A stretch of DNA of 64,000 bases from Patescibacteria group bacterium (GCA_965660075.1 CBFHYO010000019.1:2433-66432), one strand, 5' to 3'. Counted from the first letter of the stretch, positions 46,313-57,096 are shown. Translations and numbers: made by a program. The notes: generated by a model from the sequence alone, not told the origin.

Positions 46313-47083
46313 ATGATTTTAGAAAAAAAACTTATGACACGCAAACGAAAAAAAATACAAATTGGAATACCTGTAAAGGGTCAGATTTTTATTTTTGTGA
46401 TCTTGACAGTAATTTACACAGTCTTTTTTAGTAATTATTTTAATATTTCAGAAGTAGCAATATTCGAATCAAACAAAATAACAACTGATAATATCATAAA
46501 AACACTAACTTTAGATATAAAAAACAAAAATTTAATTCTACTTAAAACAGACTTTATAAAAAACAGAATAACAAACCAATATCCACAAATTAAAAACTTA
46601 GAAATAAACAAAAAACTTCCAAACACACTACACATAAAGTATGACAAATTTAAGCAGCTAGCATTTTTAGAGCAAAAAGAATTAGACACAATATTTTTTA
46701 CAGTGAACGAAACGGGAGTAATTGAACAAACTCAAGAAAAACCCATCGAACTACCTCAGATAATTATTCAAGGGATGAAACTCGAAGAAGGAATGCAAAT
46801 AATAACTCCAACAAAGCTAGATTTTATTGTTGAATCAATTAATCTACTAAAAAAAGAATTAAACGCAAAAATTAAACATATTGTCTACCTTCCAAAAGCC
46901 CAAGAGACTCACCTTATACTCGAGAACAACACTCAAATATGGCTAGATATGACATTTGATTATAAACAACAAATTAACAAATTAAAATTTGCCAAACCAC
47001 ATTTAAACCTAGAAAAATACTACGAGTATATTGATTTAAGAATTAAGAGCGCAAAAGGACATAAAATCTTCTATAAAGAATAG
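46313..47083 (+). CDS. ftsQ: Cell division protein FtsQ/DivIB-like (POTRA)
   Basis: 256 aa. A basic N-terminus, one TM, and a POTRA-like segment FNISEVAIFESNKITTDNI...LEINKKLPNTLHIKY. Confidence 0.6.
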   Translation: MILEKKLMTRKRKKIQIGIPVKGQIFIFVILTVIYTVFFSNYFNISEVAIFESNKITTDNIIKTLTLDIKNKNLILLKTDFIKNRITNQYPQIKNLEINKKLPNTLHIKYDKFKQLAFLEQKELDTIFFTVNETGVIEQTQEKPIELPQIIIQGMKLEEGMQIITPTKLDFIVESINLLKKELNAKIKHIVYLPKAQETHLILENNTQIWLDMTFDYKQQINKLKFAKPHLNLEKYYEYIDLRIKSAKGHKIFYKE

Positions 47084-47130
47084 ACATTTTTCATAATAAA
47101 TGCTAAAAAACTAAAAAATAAAAAACAAAT

Positions 47131-48111
47131 ATGTTTAGATGGAAAGATTGGTCTGCAAAACACAAACCAATGGTTATATTAGCACCAATGGAAGGTTACA
47201 CAGACTCAGCTTACAGACAATTAATAAAAGAAATCACACCAGAAGCGATTGTATACACTGAATTTACATCTTCTGACGGATTAAAATACGGAAGTTCTAA
47301 AAGTTTTCAAAAAGTTGAATATAAAGAAATTGAAAGACCAATGATAGCACAAATCTTTGGAAAACACCCGGAACATTTTGCAGAATGTGCAGCAATGCTC
47401 GAAAAAATGGGCGTAGATGGAATAGATATTAATATGGGTTGCCCATCATCGAAAGTTATAAACAGCTGTCATGGATCAGCATTATTCAACCACCCAACAT
47501 TAGCTGCAGAAATAGTAGAAGCAACATCCAAAGCTACTAACTTAGATGTATCTGTGAAAATGCGACTTGGCTTTGATAAATTCGAAATAAAGGCTCTAAA
47601 ACAATTCACAAAAAGATTAGAAGACGCTGGGGCAAAACACCTAGCAATACATGGAAGAACTACTAAACAAAAATATACAGGTTCTGCAAATTTCGAACCT
47701 ATCTATGAAATAAAAGATTTTTTAAACATACCAGTATCAGGCAATGGGGATATTAAAAGTGTACAAGACGCCCAAGAAAAACTTAAAAATCTCGATGGTC
47801 TAATGATAGGCCGAGCAACCTATGGAAACCCATGGATAATGAAAGAAATTGTTGAACACTTCAAAGGCAACAAATTTGTCGGACCAAAAAACCTAATAGA
47901 TAAAATCCCCACTATAAAACATCAAATATCTTTAGCCTGTGAATTTAAGGGCGAAAGAGTAGGTATGCTAGAAATGCGAAAACACTTAGCAAACTACATT
48001 AAAGATATTCCAGGAGCATCTAAATACAGATTCGATTTGGTTAGAGTATCGACAGAACAAGACGCATTAGATATATTAAACGAAATATCAAAAAACTTAG
48101 ATAAAGACTAG
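47131..48111 (+). CDS. dus: tRNA-dihydrouridine synthase
   Basis: 326 aa. LAPMEGYTDSAYR, IDINMGCP, HGRT, GNGDI. Confidence 0.85.
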   Translation: MFRWKDWSAKHKPMVILAPMEGYTDSAYRQLIKEITPEAIVYTEFTSSDGLKYGSSKSFQKVEYKEIERPMIAQIFGKHPEHFAECAAMLEKMGVDGIDINMGCPSSKVINSCHGSALFNHPTLAAEIVEATSKATNLDVSVKMRLGFDKFEIKALKQFTKRLEDAGAKHLAIHGRTTKQKYTGSANFEPIYEIKDFLNIPVSGNGDIKSVQDAQEKLKNLDGLMIGRATYGNPWIMKEIVEHFKGNKFVGPKNLIDKIPTIKHQISLACEFKGERVGMLEMRKHLANYIKDIPGASKYRFDLVRVSTEQDALDILNEISKNLDKD

Positions 48112-48153
48112 AAAAGAAGCCGGAAATATGATACAATATTGTGATATAACTTC

Positions 48154-49203
48154 TTGAATGTGGAATTTGATATTCAAAAAATACTACTCACAGCAGTAAA
48201 ATACAAAGCCTCCGATATTTATATTAGTGTTGGTATAAAACCCTCACTAAGAATTCATGGCCAATTAATTGCAATCGAAGAACACCCGATTTTATCAAAA
48301 ACAATGGCACAAGAATACATTGGCGCAATAATGAACGAACAACAAAAAACACAATTTGGAAAAACATTCGATTTAGATTTTGCTATAGATGTAAAAGGTC
48401 TATCACGTTTTCGTGTGAATGTATTTATGCAATCCAAAGGGATTGGTGCAGTATTACGTGTGATCGAAGAAGACATTAAGTCCATAGATGAATTAAATCT
48501 TCCAAGCCAATTAAAAAAGCTAGCAGATCTAAAACAAGGTATTGTACTAGTCACAGGACCAACTGGACAAGGTAAATCAACAACTCTTGCATCGATTATT
48601 AACGAAATAAATGCAAATAAAAATTTCAATATTATAACAATCGAAGATCCAATTGAATTTATTCATTTAAATAAAAAGTCGGTAATTCAACAAAGAGAAG
48701 TGGGTAAACACACAAAGTCCTATCAAAGTGGTTTAAAGGGTGTACTTCGTGAAGCTGCCGATGTAATTTTACTTGGTGAATTACGTGACCACGAAACTAT
48801 ATCATTAGCACTAACAGCAGCAGAAACTGGACATTTAGTCCTTTCAACACTACACACCTCGGGAGCCGCCAAATCAGTAGATAGAATTATAGATTCATTT
48901 CCATCAGACCAGCAAAACCAAGTTCGAAACCAATTAGCAGAAAGCCTTCAAGCAGTAGTATGGCAACAACTGGTTCCCCTTACGGATGGTAAAGGACGAG
49001 CCGCAGCACTAGAAATAATGTTAAAAAACAACGCAATTTCAAATTTGATTCGTGAAGGTAAAACCTACCAAATAAAATCAGTACTCGAAACTGGTCAACA
49101 AGAAGGAATGCAAACAATGACTTCTGCACTAGAAAAACTTTACCAACAAGGTTTTATAACAGAAAAAGCCAAAGATGATTACATCTTCGGCCTCTCAATC
49201 TAA
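48154..49203 (+). CDS. pilT: Type IV pilus retraction ATPase PilT
   Basis: 349 aa with a TTG start. Walker A GPTGQGKST, ITIEDPIEF, ILLGELRD, TGHLVLSTLHT, AISNLIREGK. Confidence 0.85.
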   Translation: MNVEFDIQKILLTAVKYKASDIYISVGIKPSLRIHGQLIAIEEHPILSKTMAQEYIGAIMNEQQKTQFGKTFDLDFAIDVKGLSRFRVNVFMQSKGIGAVLRVIEEDIKSIDELNLPSQLKKLADLKQGIVLVTGPTGQGKSTTLASIINEINANKNFNIITIEDPIEFIHLNKKSVIQQREVGKHTKSYQSGLKGVLREAADVILLGELRDHETISLALTAAETGHLVLSTLHTSGAAKSVDRIIDSFPSDQQNQVRNQLAESLQAVVWQQLVPLTDGKGRAAALEIMLKNNAISNLIREGKTYQIKSVLETGQQEGMQTMTSALEKLYQQGFITEKAKDDYIFGLSI

Positions 49204-49213
49204 TGAATAATTA

Positions 49214-50308
49214 TTAAGCTAATTCATATAAACCTTCTCGGTTTTTTCTGAATTTGTTCTTTTTAGAACTTAAGTTGATTTGAATAGTTATTGGTTTTAC
49301 TTTACGTAATTTCAAGACTTCTTTAGTTAATTGAGAAAGATCCATTGGACCTTTTTTACCTAAAACACTTTCTAAAACATCAGCAACAGTTCCCTCTTTA
49401 TATCCCCAAGATTTAAGAGCGTAAATACCACGACCAATTAATACAAAGGCTGGATTAGAGATTAACTCATTGTGAACTGCTTGCAATGAAACTCTTTTAG
49501 AATCAAAACCATGAGATGTAATACTATTTACAATATCCAAAAAATGCATTGGTTCAGAAATGTCGTTTAAAACAAATACAATCTTATCATACAAAGTACG
49601 AGGATTAATATGTCTCCAAGAATCCAAACTATATTTAGCATTTCTAGAAATCACTCGTCTGTCTAAAACAAGTGAAGAAACAATAGTTGAAATAGTAAAA
49701 TGTAAATAAGAATCCTTTGTATTTTTTTGAATTTCAGAAATTAATAATTCTTGTTCAACCTCTGAATTAAACTTTTTTAATACTTTCAAGGCTAATTCAC
49801 ATGTTTTTTTAACTTGAGTCATCTTTATTGAAGCCAATCTAAAATGAGGCACAAAATCAACCTTGTTGTGTTCTTGAACTAGTCTGTCGTCTAACACTAC
49901 AGCCAACAACAATTCTTCGATTGAATTGGACAAAGAAACAAAATTTAATTTTAAAAATTCTTTCATTTCAACTTCACTTACTATACCCCCATGATGCATT
50001 ACAAACTTCATAACTTCTGAATGCATTTTAGAAATATCTGTATGAATAGCATTTCTTTGCATTTTTTTTATTGCATGGGCTTGTACCTGTCTTATTCGTT
50101 CACGAGTAACTCCCAATTCAGTACCAAGACTTGCCAAAGTTCTAACCTGCTGACCATCTAGTCCAAATCTAGCAGAAATAACTCTCGCCTCTTTGTCAGT
50201 TAATAACGACACAAGAGAATTTACAATTTCAAGAGGGTTACAAACTGAAGAATTAAGAACTCCGATAAAAGAATCAAAAGATCGAGATTTAACAAGTGTT
50301 GAAGACAT
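49214..50308 (-). CDS. Sigma-70 region-4-like HTH fused to a HARE-HTH-like C-terminal domain (not a complete sigma factor)
   Basis: 364 aa. LTDKEARVISARFGLDGQQVRTLASLGTELGVTRERIRQVQAHAIKKM is sigma region 4. No region 2 is present. C-terminal MHFLDIVNSITSHGF...FVLIGRGIYALKSWGY resembles the HARE-HTH of the RNAP delta subunit. Confidence 0.55.
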   Translation of the reverse strand: MSSTLVKSRSFDSFIGVLNSSVCNPLEIVNSLVSLLTDKEARVISARFGLDGQQVRTLASLGTELGVTRERIRQVQAHAIKKMQRNAIHTDISKMHSEVMKFVMHHGGIVSEVEMKEFLKLNFVSLSNSIEELLLAVVLDDRLVQEHNKVDFVPHFRLASIKMTQVKKTCELALKVLKKFNSEVEQELLISEIQKNTKDSYLHFTISTIVSSLVLDRRVISRNAKYSLDSWRHINPRTLYDKIVFVLNDISEPMHFLDIVNSITSHGFDSKRVSLQAVHNELISNPAFVLIGRGIYALKSWGYKEGTVADVLESVLGKKGPMDLSQLTKEVLKLRKVKPITIQINLSSKKNKFRKNREGLYELA

Positions 50309-50392
50309 ATTATTCAGATTAAAATATTGTTGCTAACATATTATCAATCCAAAACACTAAAAACAATATAGCAACAAAAATATGTCAAAAAG

Positions 50393-50421
50393 TTGTTTTT
50401 GGCTTAGTTTAGTGGTATAAT
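50393..50421 (+). promoter_or_regulatory. Sigma70-type promoter candidate (extended -10) for the TrmB-like gene
   Basis: TTGTTT-N17 (the spacer ends in TGG)-TATAAT, giving the extended -10 TGGTATAAT. The -10 ends 32 nt before the ATG at 50454. Confidence 0.5.
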
Positions 50422-50453
50422 GAATGTGTTGACAAAAAATAACAACAGAAAAA

Positions 50454-51212
50454 ATGTTAAGGCAAGTATTAGAACAAATTGGACTGACAGAAAAAGAAGC
50501 AAAAATATATCTCGCATTACTCGAGATGGGAGCACAGGGAGCCACAACAATTGCACAAAAAACACAAATTAACAGAACGACATGCTATCTGATTCTAGAG
50601 AACCTAAAAGAAAAAGGGCTAATCAGTACACATACAGAAGCAAACGTTCAATTCTTTGAAGCTCAAGAACCTAGTAGCTTACTTACCTATATAAATAAAA
50701 GACAAAACGAACTAGTTACTCAACAAAACATAATCCAAAGCAACTTACCCTACCTAGAAGCCATTAAAAAATCTATAACTGGTAGTACAACAACAAAATA
50801 TTTTAAAGGAAAAGAAGGCATTATAAATCTCTACAAAGAAACTCTTAGCACAAATGACAAAATTATCTATAGCTTTCTTGATATAACAAAAATACCTCAA
50901 GAACTGTTAAACATAATTGACCAAACATATGTTAATGAAAGAATAGAAAAACAAATACATGCAAAAATCATCAACATATCAACCAAAAACGCTGGGACTG
51001 GCTCCAAATCAATTTATTCAGACTCAGAGTCTCTTAGAGAGTTTAAAAACATTTTCACTAACCAAGAAATCACTGTAGAAATTCAGGCGATCGGAGACAA
51101 AACGATACTAACAAACTTCGCACCAGATAATTTATTTGGCGTATTAATTAAAAACAAAGAGCTTGCAACAACCATCAAAACTCTACATAAAATTATGTGG
51201 AGCCTAAACTAG
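50454..51212 (+). CDS. TrmB-family transcriptional regulator
   Basis: 252 aa. LEQIGLTEKEAKIYLALLEMGAQGATTIAQKTQINRTTCYLILENLKEKGLI is the TrmB winged HTH. Confidence 0.7.
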   Translation: MLRQVLEQIGLTEKEAKIYLALLEMGAQGATTIAQKTQINRTTCYLILENLKEKGLISTHTEANVQFFEAQEPSSLLTYINKRQNELVTQQNIIQSNLPYLEAIKKSITGSTTTKYFKGKEGIINLYKETLSTNDKIIYSFLDITKIPQELLNIIDQTYVNERIEKQIHAKIINISTKNAGTGSKSIYSDSESLREFKNIFTNQEITVEIQAIGDKTILTNFAPDNLFGVLIKNKELATTIKTLHKIMWSLN

Positions 51213-52687
51213 TTCTCTCTCCCAACTACAAAAGAATTTACATTACCAGACTCACACCTTAGAGTGTTTTGATGGTAAACATTAATCCCTCTAGTTTTCA
51301 GAAAAGCCTGGAAACCTTCTTTTTCACGTCTAATAGAACGGCACAAAACAACCTCATCTGGAAAATCATAACCACTATCAGCTAAGAATTTAGTGATATC
51401 TGGATTTACATTAGACAAGTTTACATGATTAATAACAGCTTGAGCATAGTTATAATCAGGATTCTCATATGGAGTGACAGAAACCTTTACATTATTTTCA
51501 AAATCTACTAACCATTCAGATTTAACTCCTAATCTTTGTAAGTAAATTTTAAAGTTATAACTAAAGAATCTAATCATATCCTCCGTTCGATAAGCATTAG
51601 CTACATCTTCCATGTCTAATATACCATTTGTATATTTAGGTGATTGAAAATCAAAATAAAATTTATCATCTGGCTGAGTAAGAGATTGAATAATAGTTAC
51701 AAATTGTTCCTCAGAAAAATTACCTGATGTAAGACCCTTCATAATAGCATCTAACCTAAATTCAACACCTCGATTAACCACTTGAGATGAAATTCTATGT
51801 TGTTGTAAATCACGAACATCATAACCCAAGATACTCACATTAACTTCTGGGTGAGAAGCAGACCAATCTGCAGCCCTTTGCATCTCATTTAAACTTTGAG
51901 TCATTACCACCACATTCATACGTTTGCTTTCCACAGATATGTGAGAACTATTTAAAGAGGCTTGTATAGATGCGATACGATCTAACTCTAACTGACTCGG
52001 ACCAATAAACAATAAACCAGAGGTAAATGTCTCATCTGATAATTGAGGAACTAACTGAGCAGAGACCTGATACATAAACATTTCGTACAAACGATTTAAC
52101 TTTAGGTACATGTCGTTATAGGTTTTTTGTGTGCCAGCAAGCATTGTATTGTAGTATTCTCCACCTTGACCTGAGTACATAACACTCGTGTCCCAATTGA
52201 AAACGGGACTTTCTACTCCCGGTATAACTAGAGAAGGAAAAACTGGATTATTGACACCAGAGGCAAACAAATAATCAGCAACTAATCTATGTTGCCAAGA
52301 AAAAGACGGTGGAATTTGTAAGTTGTCATTCAGACTATATTGAGAAAATGGATTAGAAAGATGAATATGAGACATTAAATCACCAACAGATGGTTGGTAC
52401 TGATTAGCAGAAAAATTGGAAGAAAAAGATATTGCCTCGACAGTTCCAAAGAATTGTTCCAACCACAATGCCATATGACCAAACTGCGGCTGAGCAACAT
52501 CGAATACACCTCTACGGAAAGATTCAATAACATGCTTTACCCTCTCAATCACTTGAGTTTGGTTATCATGCAAAACATTGTTTGTATTTTGAGGTAGAAT
52601 TAAACTCTCAACCAATTGTTTATGACCTACTTTATTTTCCGCCTGAGAATTTTGAATTCCAGATGTATTAATTCGATTCACTTTCAA
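51209..52687 (-). CDS. Hypothetical protein (ORFan, cytoplasmic, no motif recognised)
   Basis: 492-aa uninterrupted ORF with no TM or signal peptide. Confidence 0.5.
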   Translation of the reverse strand: MKVNRINTSGIQNSQAENKVGHKQLVESLILPQNTNNVLHDNQTQVIERVKHVIESFRRGVFDVAQPQFGHMALWLEQFFGTVEAISFSSNFSANQYQPSVGDLMSHIHLSNPFSQYSLNDNLQIPPSFSWQHRLVADYLFASGVNNPVFPSLVIPGVESPVFNWDTSVMYSGQGGEYYNTMLAGTQKTYNDMYLKLNRLYEMFMYQVSAQLVPQLSDETFTSGLLFIGPSQLELDRIASIQASLNSSHISVESKRMNVVVMTQSLNEMQRAADWSASHPEVNVSILGYDVRDLQQHRISSQVVNRGVEFRLDAIMKGLTSGNFSEEQFVTIIQSLTQPDDKFYFDFQSPKYTNGILDMEDVANAYRTEDMIRFFSYNFKIYLQRLGVKSEWLVDFENNVKVSVTPYENPDYNYAQAVINHVNLSNVNPDITKFLADSGYDFPDEVVLCRSIRREKEGFQAFLKTRGINVYHQNTLRCESGNVNSFVVGREN

Positions 52688-52761
52688 TTATAACGATTAA
52701 ATTAGAATTATTACAAGAATAACCAACTTTAATTAAACATACCAAAACACAAATGTAAAGA

Positions 52762-55158
52762 CTATTTTTGAACAATAGCCTTAAACACTGACGAAACAAA
52801 GCCAAATTTAATCTTCACAAGCAGGTCTTTAAACCTCAAATATGCTTCTTGCTTATAAACTATAAGAGGGTCTTTTTGCCCATAAGCATGCAGTGCAACG
52901 TTCTGTCGCAAGTAACCCATATCATCAATATGCTCCATCCAAAAAGTATCAATTGTGCTTAAATATAAAAATCTCAAGACATCATTAAATTTTTCTGGGA
53001 TAACTACACTTTTAATCAAGTTAAATTCCTTGACAAAATAATCATTAATAAATGTATGCAAGTCATTGTCATTTGACATATCTGACAACTGCTCTAAAGC
53101 CAACGGAGAACTTGCAGAAATATGTATTGAGTTTATAGTTTCTAGAATTTCATTGTAATCATATTTCGGACCATTTTTATGTTGTAAGACAATATTTTTT
53201 GACAAGTCATTAAAATACTCAATAACCATAATCTCTACTGAATCAGATTTTAGCACCTCACGACGATTTTTATAAACAATTTCACGATGGTAATTAATAA
53301 CATCATCGTATTCTACTACATGCTTACGCATGTCGAAATTTCTGCCCTCTACTCTTTTTTGAGAACTCTCAATCGCACGATTTATAAATTTATTAGTAAT
53401 TGGCATGTCTTCTGGAACATTTAACACTGTCATAGCTTTTTGAACTCTCTCACCACCATTTATACGCATTAAATCATCTTCTAAAGACAAATAAAACTGA
53501 GAACAACCTACATCTCCCTGCCGACCAGAACGACCACGTAATTGATTATCAATCCGGCGAGATTCATGTCGCTGAGTACCAACAATATACAAACCACCTA
53601 ATTCAAAAACACCTCCTCCAAGTTTAATATCGGTACCACGACCAGCCATATTAGTTGCAATAGTTACAGATCCTTGCTGACCTGCGTTTGCTACAATTTC
53701 AGCTTCACGAGAGTGATTTTTAGCATTTAGAACCTCATGCTTAATACCTTTTAACTTAAATACCTCAGATAAAATTTCTGATTGCTCAACACTAGCAGTA
53801 CCAACAAGCACTGGCTGTTTTGCTTTATACAACTCTTGCACTTTCTCGGCTATTGCCAAGTACTTAGCTTTTTTAGTTTTGTAAATCACATCATCCAAGT
53901 CCATTCTAGCAATTGGCTTGTTGGTTGGGATAACTACTGTATTTAGACCGTAAATCTTAAAAAATTCTTCTTCTTCGGTTTTAGCCGTACCAGTCATACC
54001 AGACAGTTTTTCAAAAAGTCTAAAGTAATTTTGAAAAGTAACAGATGCCAAGGTTTTACTTTCGCGTAAAATTTCTACACGCTCCTTGGCCTCGATAGCC
54101 TGGTGCAAACCTTCTGAGTATCTTCGACCAGACATTAAACGACCTGTAAATTCGTCAACAATCATAACTTCGCCATCGCGAACAACATAGTCGATATCTT
54201 TTTTAAATAAAGCCTTCGCTTTTAAAGCTTGTTCTATATGATGAATAATTTTAAAACCACCTTCGGCATAAATATTATCGATCTTGAGAGATTTTTCTAT
54301 TTTATCAACACCCTCTTCAGAAAGAGTAGCAACTCGTAGTTTTTCATCGATATTATAGTGTTGATTTTCTGTTAAGGTTTCAACCAAAGAAGCATATACT
54401 TTGTATTGATCTGTAGATTCTTCGTCCGGTGCAGAAATAATCAAAGGAGTACGCGCCTCGTCTATCAAAATAGAGTCTACCTCATCTACAATACAAAAAT
54501 GCAAATCTTTTTGGACCACTTGTTCATAGCTCATAGCCATATTGTCTCGAAGATAATCAAAACCAAACTCGTTATTTGTACCATAAACGATATTTGCATC
54601 GTATGATTGTTTTTTTGATTCAGGCTCTTGACCAGAATAAATATTAGAAACAGTTAAACCAAAAAATTCATACAAAAAGCCCATCCATTGACTATCACGC
54701 TTTGCAAGATATTCATTAACTGTAATTACATACACAGGTCTATTAGTAAGTGAATTTAAAATAGCAGGTAAAGTACATACTAGAGTTTTACCTTCACCTG
54801 TTTTCATTTCGGCAATACTACCTGAATGAAGGACCATACCACCAATTAATTGCACATCGTATGGAATCATATTCCACTCTAATTCGTTGTCCATCAATGT
54901 ATATTTAGAACCACAAATAAATTTACAAGCAGCTTTTATTAAGCCAAAAGTTTCTGGTAACAAATCATCCAAAGACATATTTTGTTCTAAATGTTTTTCT
55001 TGTAGCTTTTTATATTCAGCCTGAAAATCATCCTGAGAATTACAAGAATCAACATAGGAGTCAAAAAATTGATTGATTTGAGGAATAAGTTTTTGAGATT
55101 TTTTTAGTATTTTTTTATTTGAATCACCAGAGATAAAACTGGCTAGAGAGTTAAACAT
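52762..55158 (-). CDS. secA: Preprotein translocase ATPase SecA
   Basis: 798 aa. MKTGEGKTLV, DEVDSILIDEARTPLIIS, TNMAGRGTDI. Confidence 0.95.
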   Translation of the reverse strand: MFNSLASFISGDSNKKILKKSQKLIPQINQFFDSYVDSCNSQDDFQAEYKKLQEKHLEQNMSLDDLLPETFGLIKAACKFICGSKYTLMDNELEWNMIPYDVQLIGGMVLHSGSIAEMKTGEGKTLVCTLPAILNSLTNRPVYVITVNEYLAKRDSQWMGFLYEFFGLTVSNIYSGQEPESKKQSYDANIVYGTNNEFGFDYLRDNMAMSYEQVVQKDLHFCIVDEVDSILIDEARTPLIISAPDEESTDQYKVYASLVETLTENQHYNIDEKLRVATLSEEGVDKIEKSLKIDNIYAEGGFKIIHHIEQALKAKALFKKDIDYVVRDGEVMIVDEFTGRLMSGRRYSEGLHQAIEAKERVEILRESKTLASVTFQNYFRLFEKLSGMTGTAKTEEEEFFKIYGLNTVVIPTNKPIARMDLDDVIYKTKKAKYLAIAEKVQELYKAKQPVLVGTASVEQSEILSEVFKLKGIKHEVLNAKNHSREAEIVANAGQQGSVTIATNMAGRGTDIKLGGGVFELGGLYIVGTQRHESRRIDNQLRGRSGRQGDVGCSQFYLSLEDDLMRINGGERVQKAMTVLNVPEDMPITNKFINRAIESSQKRVEGRNFDMRKHVVEYDDVINYHREIVYKNRREVLKSDSVEIMVIEYFNDLSKNIVLQHKNGPKYDYNEILETINSIHISASSPLALEQLSDMSNDNDLHTFINDYFVKEFNLIKSVVIPEKFNDVLRFLYLSTIDTFWMEHIDDMGYLRQNVALHAYGQKDPLIVYKQEAYLRFKDLLVKIKFGFVSSVFKAIVQK

Positions 55159-55228
55159 AGTAAAATTTACATATCACAATCTAATGTAATGTATTATAAA
55201 CAAAATCTCAATTTAAAAACATTAAAAT

Positions 55229-56656
55229 TTAGGAATTATTCTTGGTAAAAACTACTTTAATGGTTTTAATTAAAATCTTTATATCTAACCATAAAGACCA
55301 ATTTTCAATGTAATAAGTGTCCAGTGCAACTTCTTGCTCGAAGTCCAATTTACATCTACCACTAACCTGGCTTAACCCAGTAATCCCAGGCTTAACTGTA
55401 AATACAAAATTATGATGATTTTGATATTTAGAAACCTCTTCTGGCAAATGCGGACGAGGACCAACCAAGCTCATATCACCTTTTAAAACATTCCACAGTT
55501 GTGGTAGTTCATCTATATCGAATTTACGTAAGAACTTTCCAAGCTTAGTCACACGCGGATCATTGGTAATTTTAACGAGTGGAGAATCCCCTCTAGTATT
55601 TTCAGATGAAAGCTGCTGGTATCGCATGCTGTGAGATTTTGGTTTCATAGTACGGTACTTCATCATATAAAACAGTTCCCCTTTGTAACCTACTCGCTTT
55701 ACAACACTTCCATCATCCAAGTACTTAAACAATACATCACCTTTAGAATCTAATTTAATAAGAATTGGCACAACAATCCACAAAGGTAACAACAATACTA
55801 ACAAAAAAGAACTAACAACAATATCAAAAAACCGCTTAAACAAGGCAGGCCATTGATAAATGGTAGTTTGTGTGAGATGCAATGACTGCAAACCAAACCT
55901 GGGCTGCAAATCTAAAAGTTTTTGGTTAAAAGCTTGCATATGAGAGACATAAAAATACTCCAACTGATTGTATCTTGAACGATCAAGTAACCATTTTTCT
56001 AAATCTGAATCTAGATTACCGAGTTGTAAAATTGAAGAATTTACAAAAGATTCATGTTTTTTTGAGTTAACATTAAACTTACCTAGATATTTAAGATTAA
56101 CATTTAAATTTCGGGAAGAAAAATACCCAAGACAATTAAAACCATCAAATAAATTTTCGGACTGTATTAACTTTTTCATTAAAACAGATGAATCACAAAA
56201 TATAACTAAGTCCTGCTTAAACTTAGAACGCAAAAGCACCTTGTAATATTTATAAAAAACAAATCTTGAAATACAAATTAATAAAAATAAAAAAGCAAAT
56301 GTACTTAAAATTACAAATCGAGAAAATACAAAAGTACGTTTAAAAAAATAATAAAAAACAAACAAGCTAAAAGTAACAAAAACAGTCTTTATAATAGCTT
56401 TGCATTGATTTAAATAAGAATCTAGTACTTTAAATTTATATAAACCAGCTAGCACCGAAGAGAATAAAAAAAGTACATAGAACTTAAAACTATATTTAAG
56501 AAACACAATACTTTCTAAATAATTATCTGCCACGGGTGCTAGAAAAGTTAACGCAAAATCAGAACTACGAAAAAAATACGACACAAAAATAGCCAACATA
56601 ACAGAAAGAAAGTCTGTGAACAAAAGCGATACAACAAATTTAGATTTTAAGCGCAC
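55229..56656 (-). CDS. Polyprenyl-phosphate hexose-1-phosphate transferase (bacterial sugar transferase, WbaP/EpsB-like)
   Basis: C-terminal motifs KRFFDIVVSS, DELPQLWNVLKGDMSLVGPRP, PGITGLSQV. The track start at 56758 would overlap rnpB and gives an odd Cys-rich leader. I suggest the GTG at 56656 (MRLKSKFVVSLL...), but the start is uncertain. Confidence 0.75.
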   Translation of the reverse strand: MRLKSKFVVSLLFTDFLSVMLAIFVSYFFRSSDFALTFLAPVADNYLESIVFLKYSFKFYVLFLFSSVLAGLYKFKVLDSYLNQCKAIIKTVFVTFSLFVFYYFFKRTFVFSRFVILSTFAFLFLLICISRFVFYKYYKVLLRSKFKQDLVIFCDSSVLMKKLIQSENLFDGFNCLGYFSSRNLNVNLKYLGKFNVNSKKHESFVNSSILQLGNLDSDLEKWLLDRSRYNQLEYFYVSHMQAFNQKLLDLQPRFGLQSLHLTQTTIYQWPALFKRFFDIVVSSFLLVLLLPLWIVVPILIKLDSKGDVLFKYLDDGSVVKRVGYKGELFYMMKYRTMKPKSHSMRYQQLSSENTRGDSPLVKITNDPRVTKLGKFLRKFDIDELPQLWNVLKGDMSLVGPRPHLPEEVSKYQNHHNFVFTVKPGITGLSQVSGRCKLDFEQEVALDTYYIENWSLWLDIKILIKTIKVVFTKNNS

Positions 56657-56743
56657 GATAATATTTAAATTATTTTTAATAATACAACTATAGAACAAAA
56701 AACACAATAGACAAACACACAAGTTAAAACACCTTGCAAGACA

Positions 56744-57096
56744 AGGTGAGTTTCTCAATGAATAAGCCGAGTTCTGTGTTGTGTGATAATTTATCTAGGT
56801 CTGATATAGCTACCAAACTCCAGCTACAGGCAAGATATAACCTCTAAAAGAATTTAAAAAAGATATACCTTCCCACCCTGTATTGCACCATGTAGGGTTT
56901 ACCAGAATCTTGCAGTTACCCACAAGTCCAAACCTGAGGTTTGCTTTTCACCTTTCGCAAGCAAGCTTGCTAGTATTGTCTCTGTGGCACTTTCCCTCAC
57001 ACAAAAGTGTGGGCAGCATTTCGCTGCTACATAATTCTTTACGGTGCTCGGACTTTCCTTACCAAATTGGCACTATCACATTCAAAGAGCTCACCT
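56744..57096 (-). ncRNA. rnpB: RNase P RNA, bacterial type A
   Basis: The minus strand contains GGAAAGTCCGAGC (CR-I), GTGCCACAGAGA, CTGGTAAACCCTAC and ACAGAACTCGGCTTAT (CR-IV/V). P1 pairs 5' GGTGAG with 3' CTCACC. About 350 nt long. It is the only GC-rich island in the window. The ends are good to about 10 nt. Confidence 0.88.

Noticed and set aside
48255-48629. 124-aa ORF antisense to pilT
   Set aside because: It is a shadow ORF within a well-supported PilT frame.
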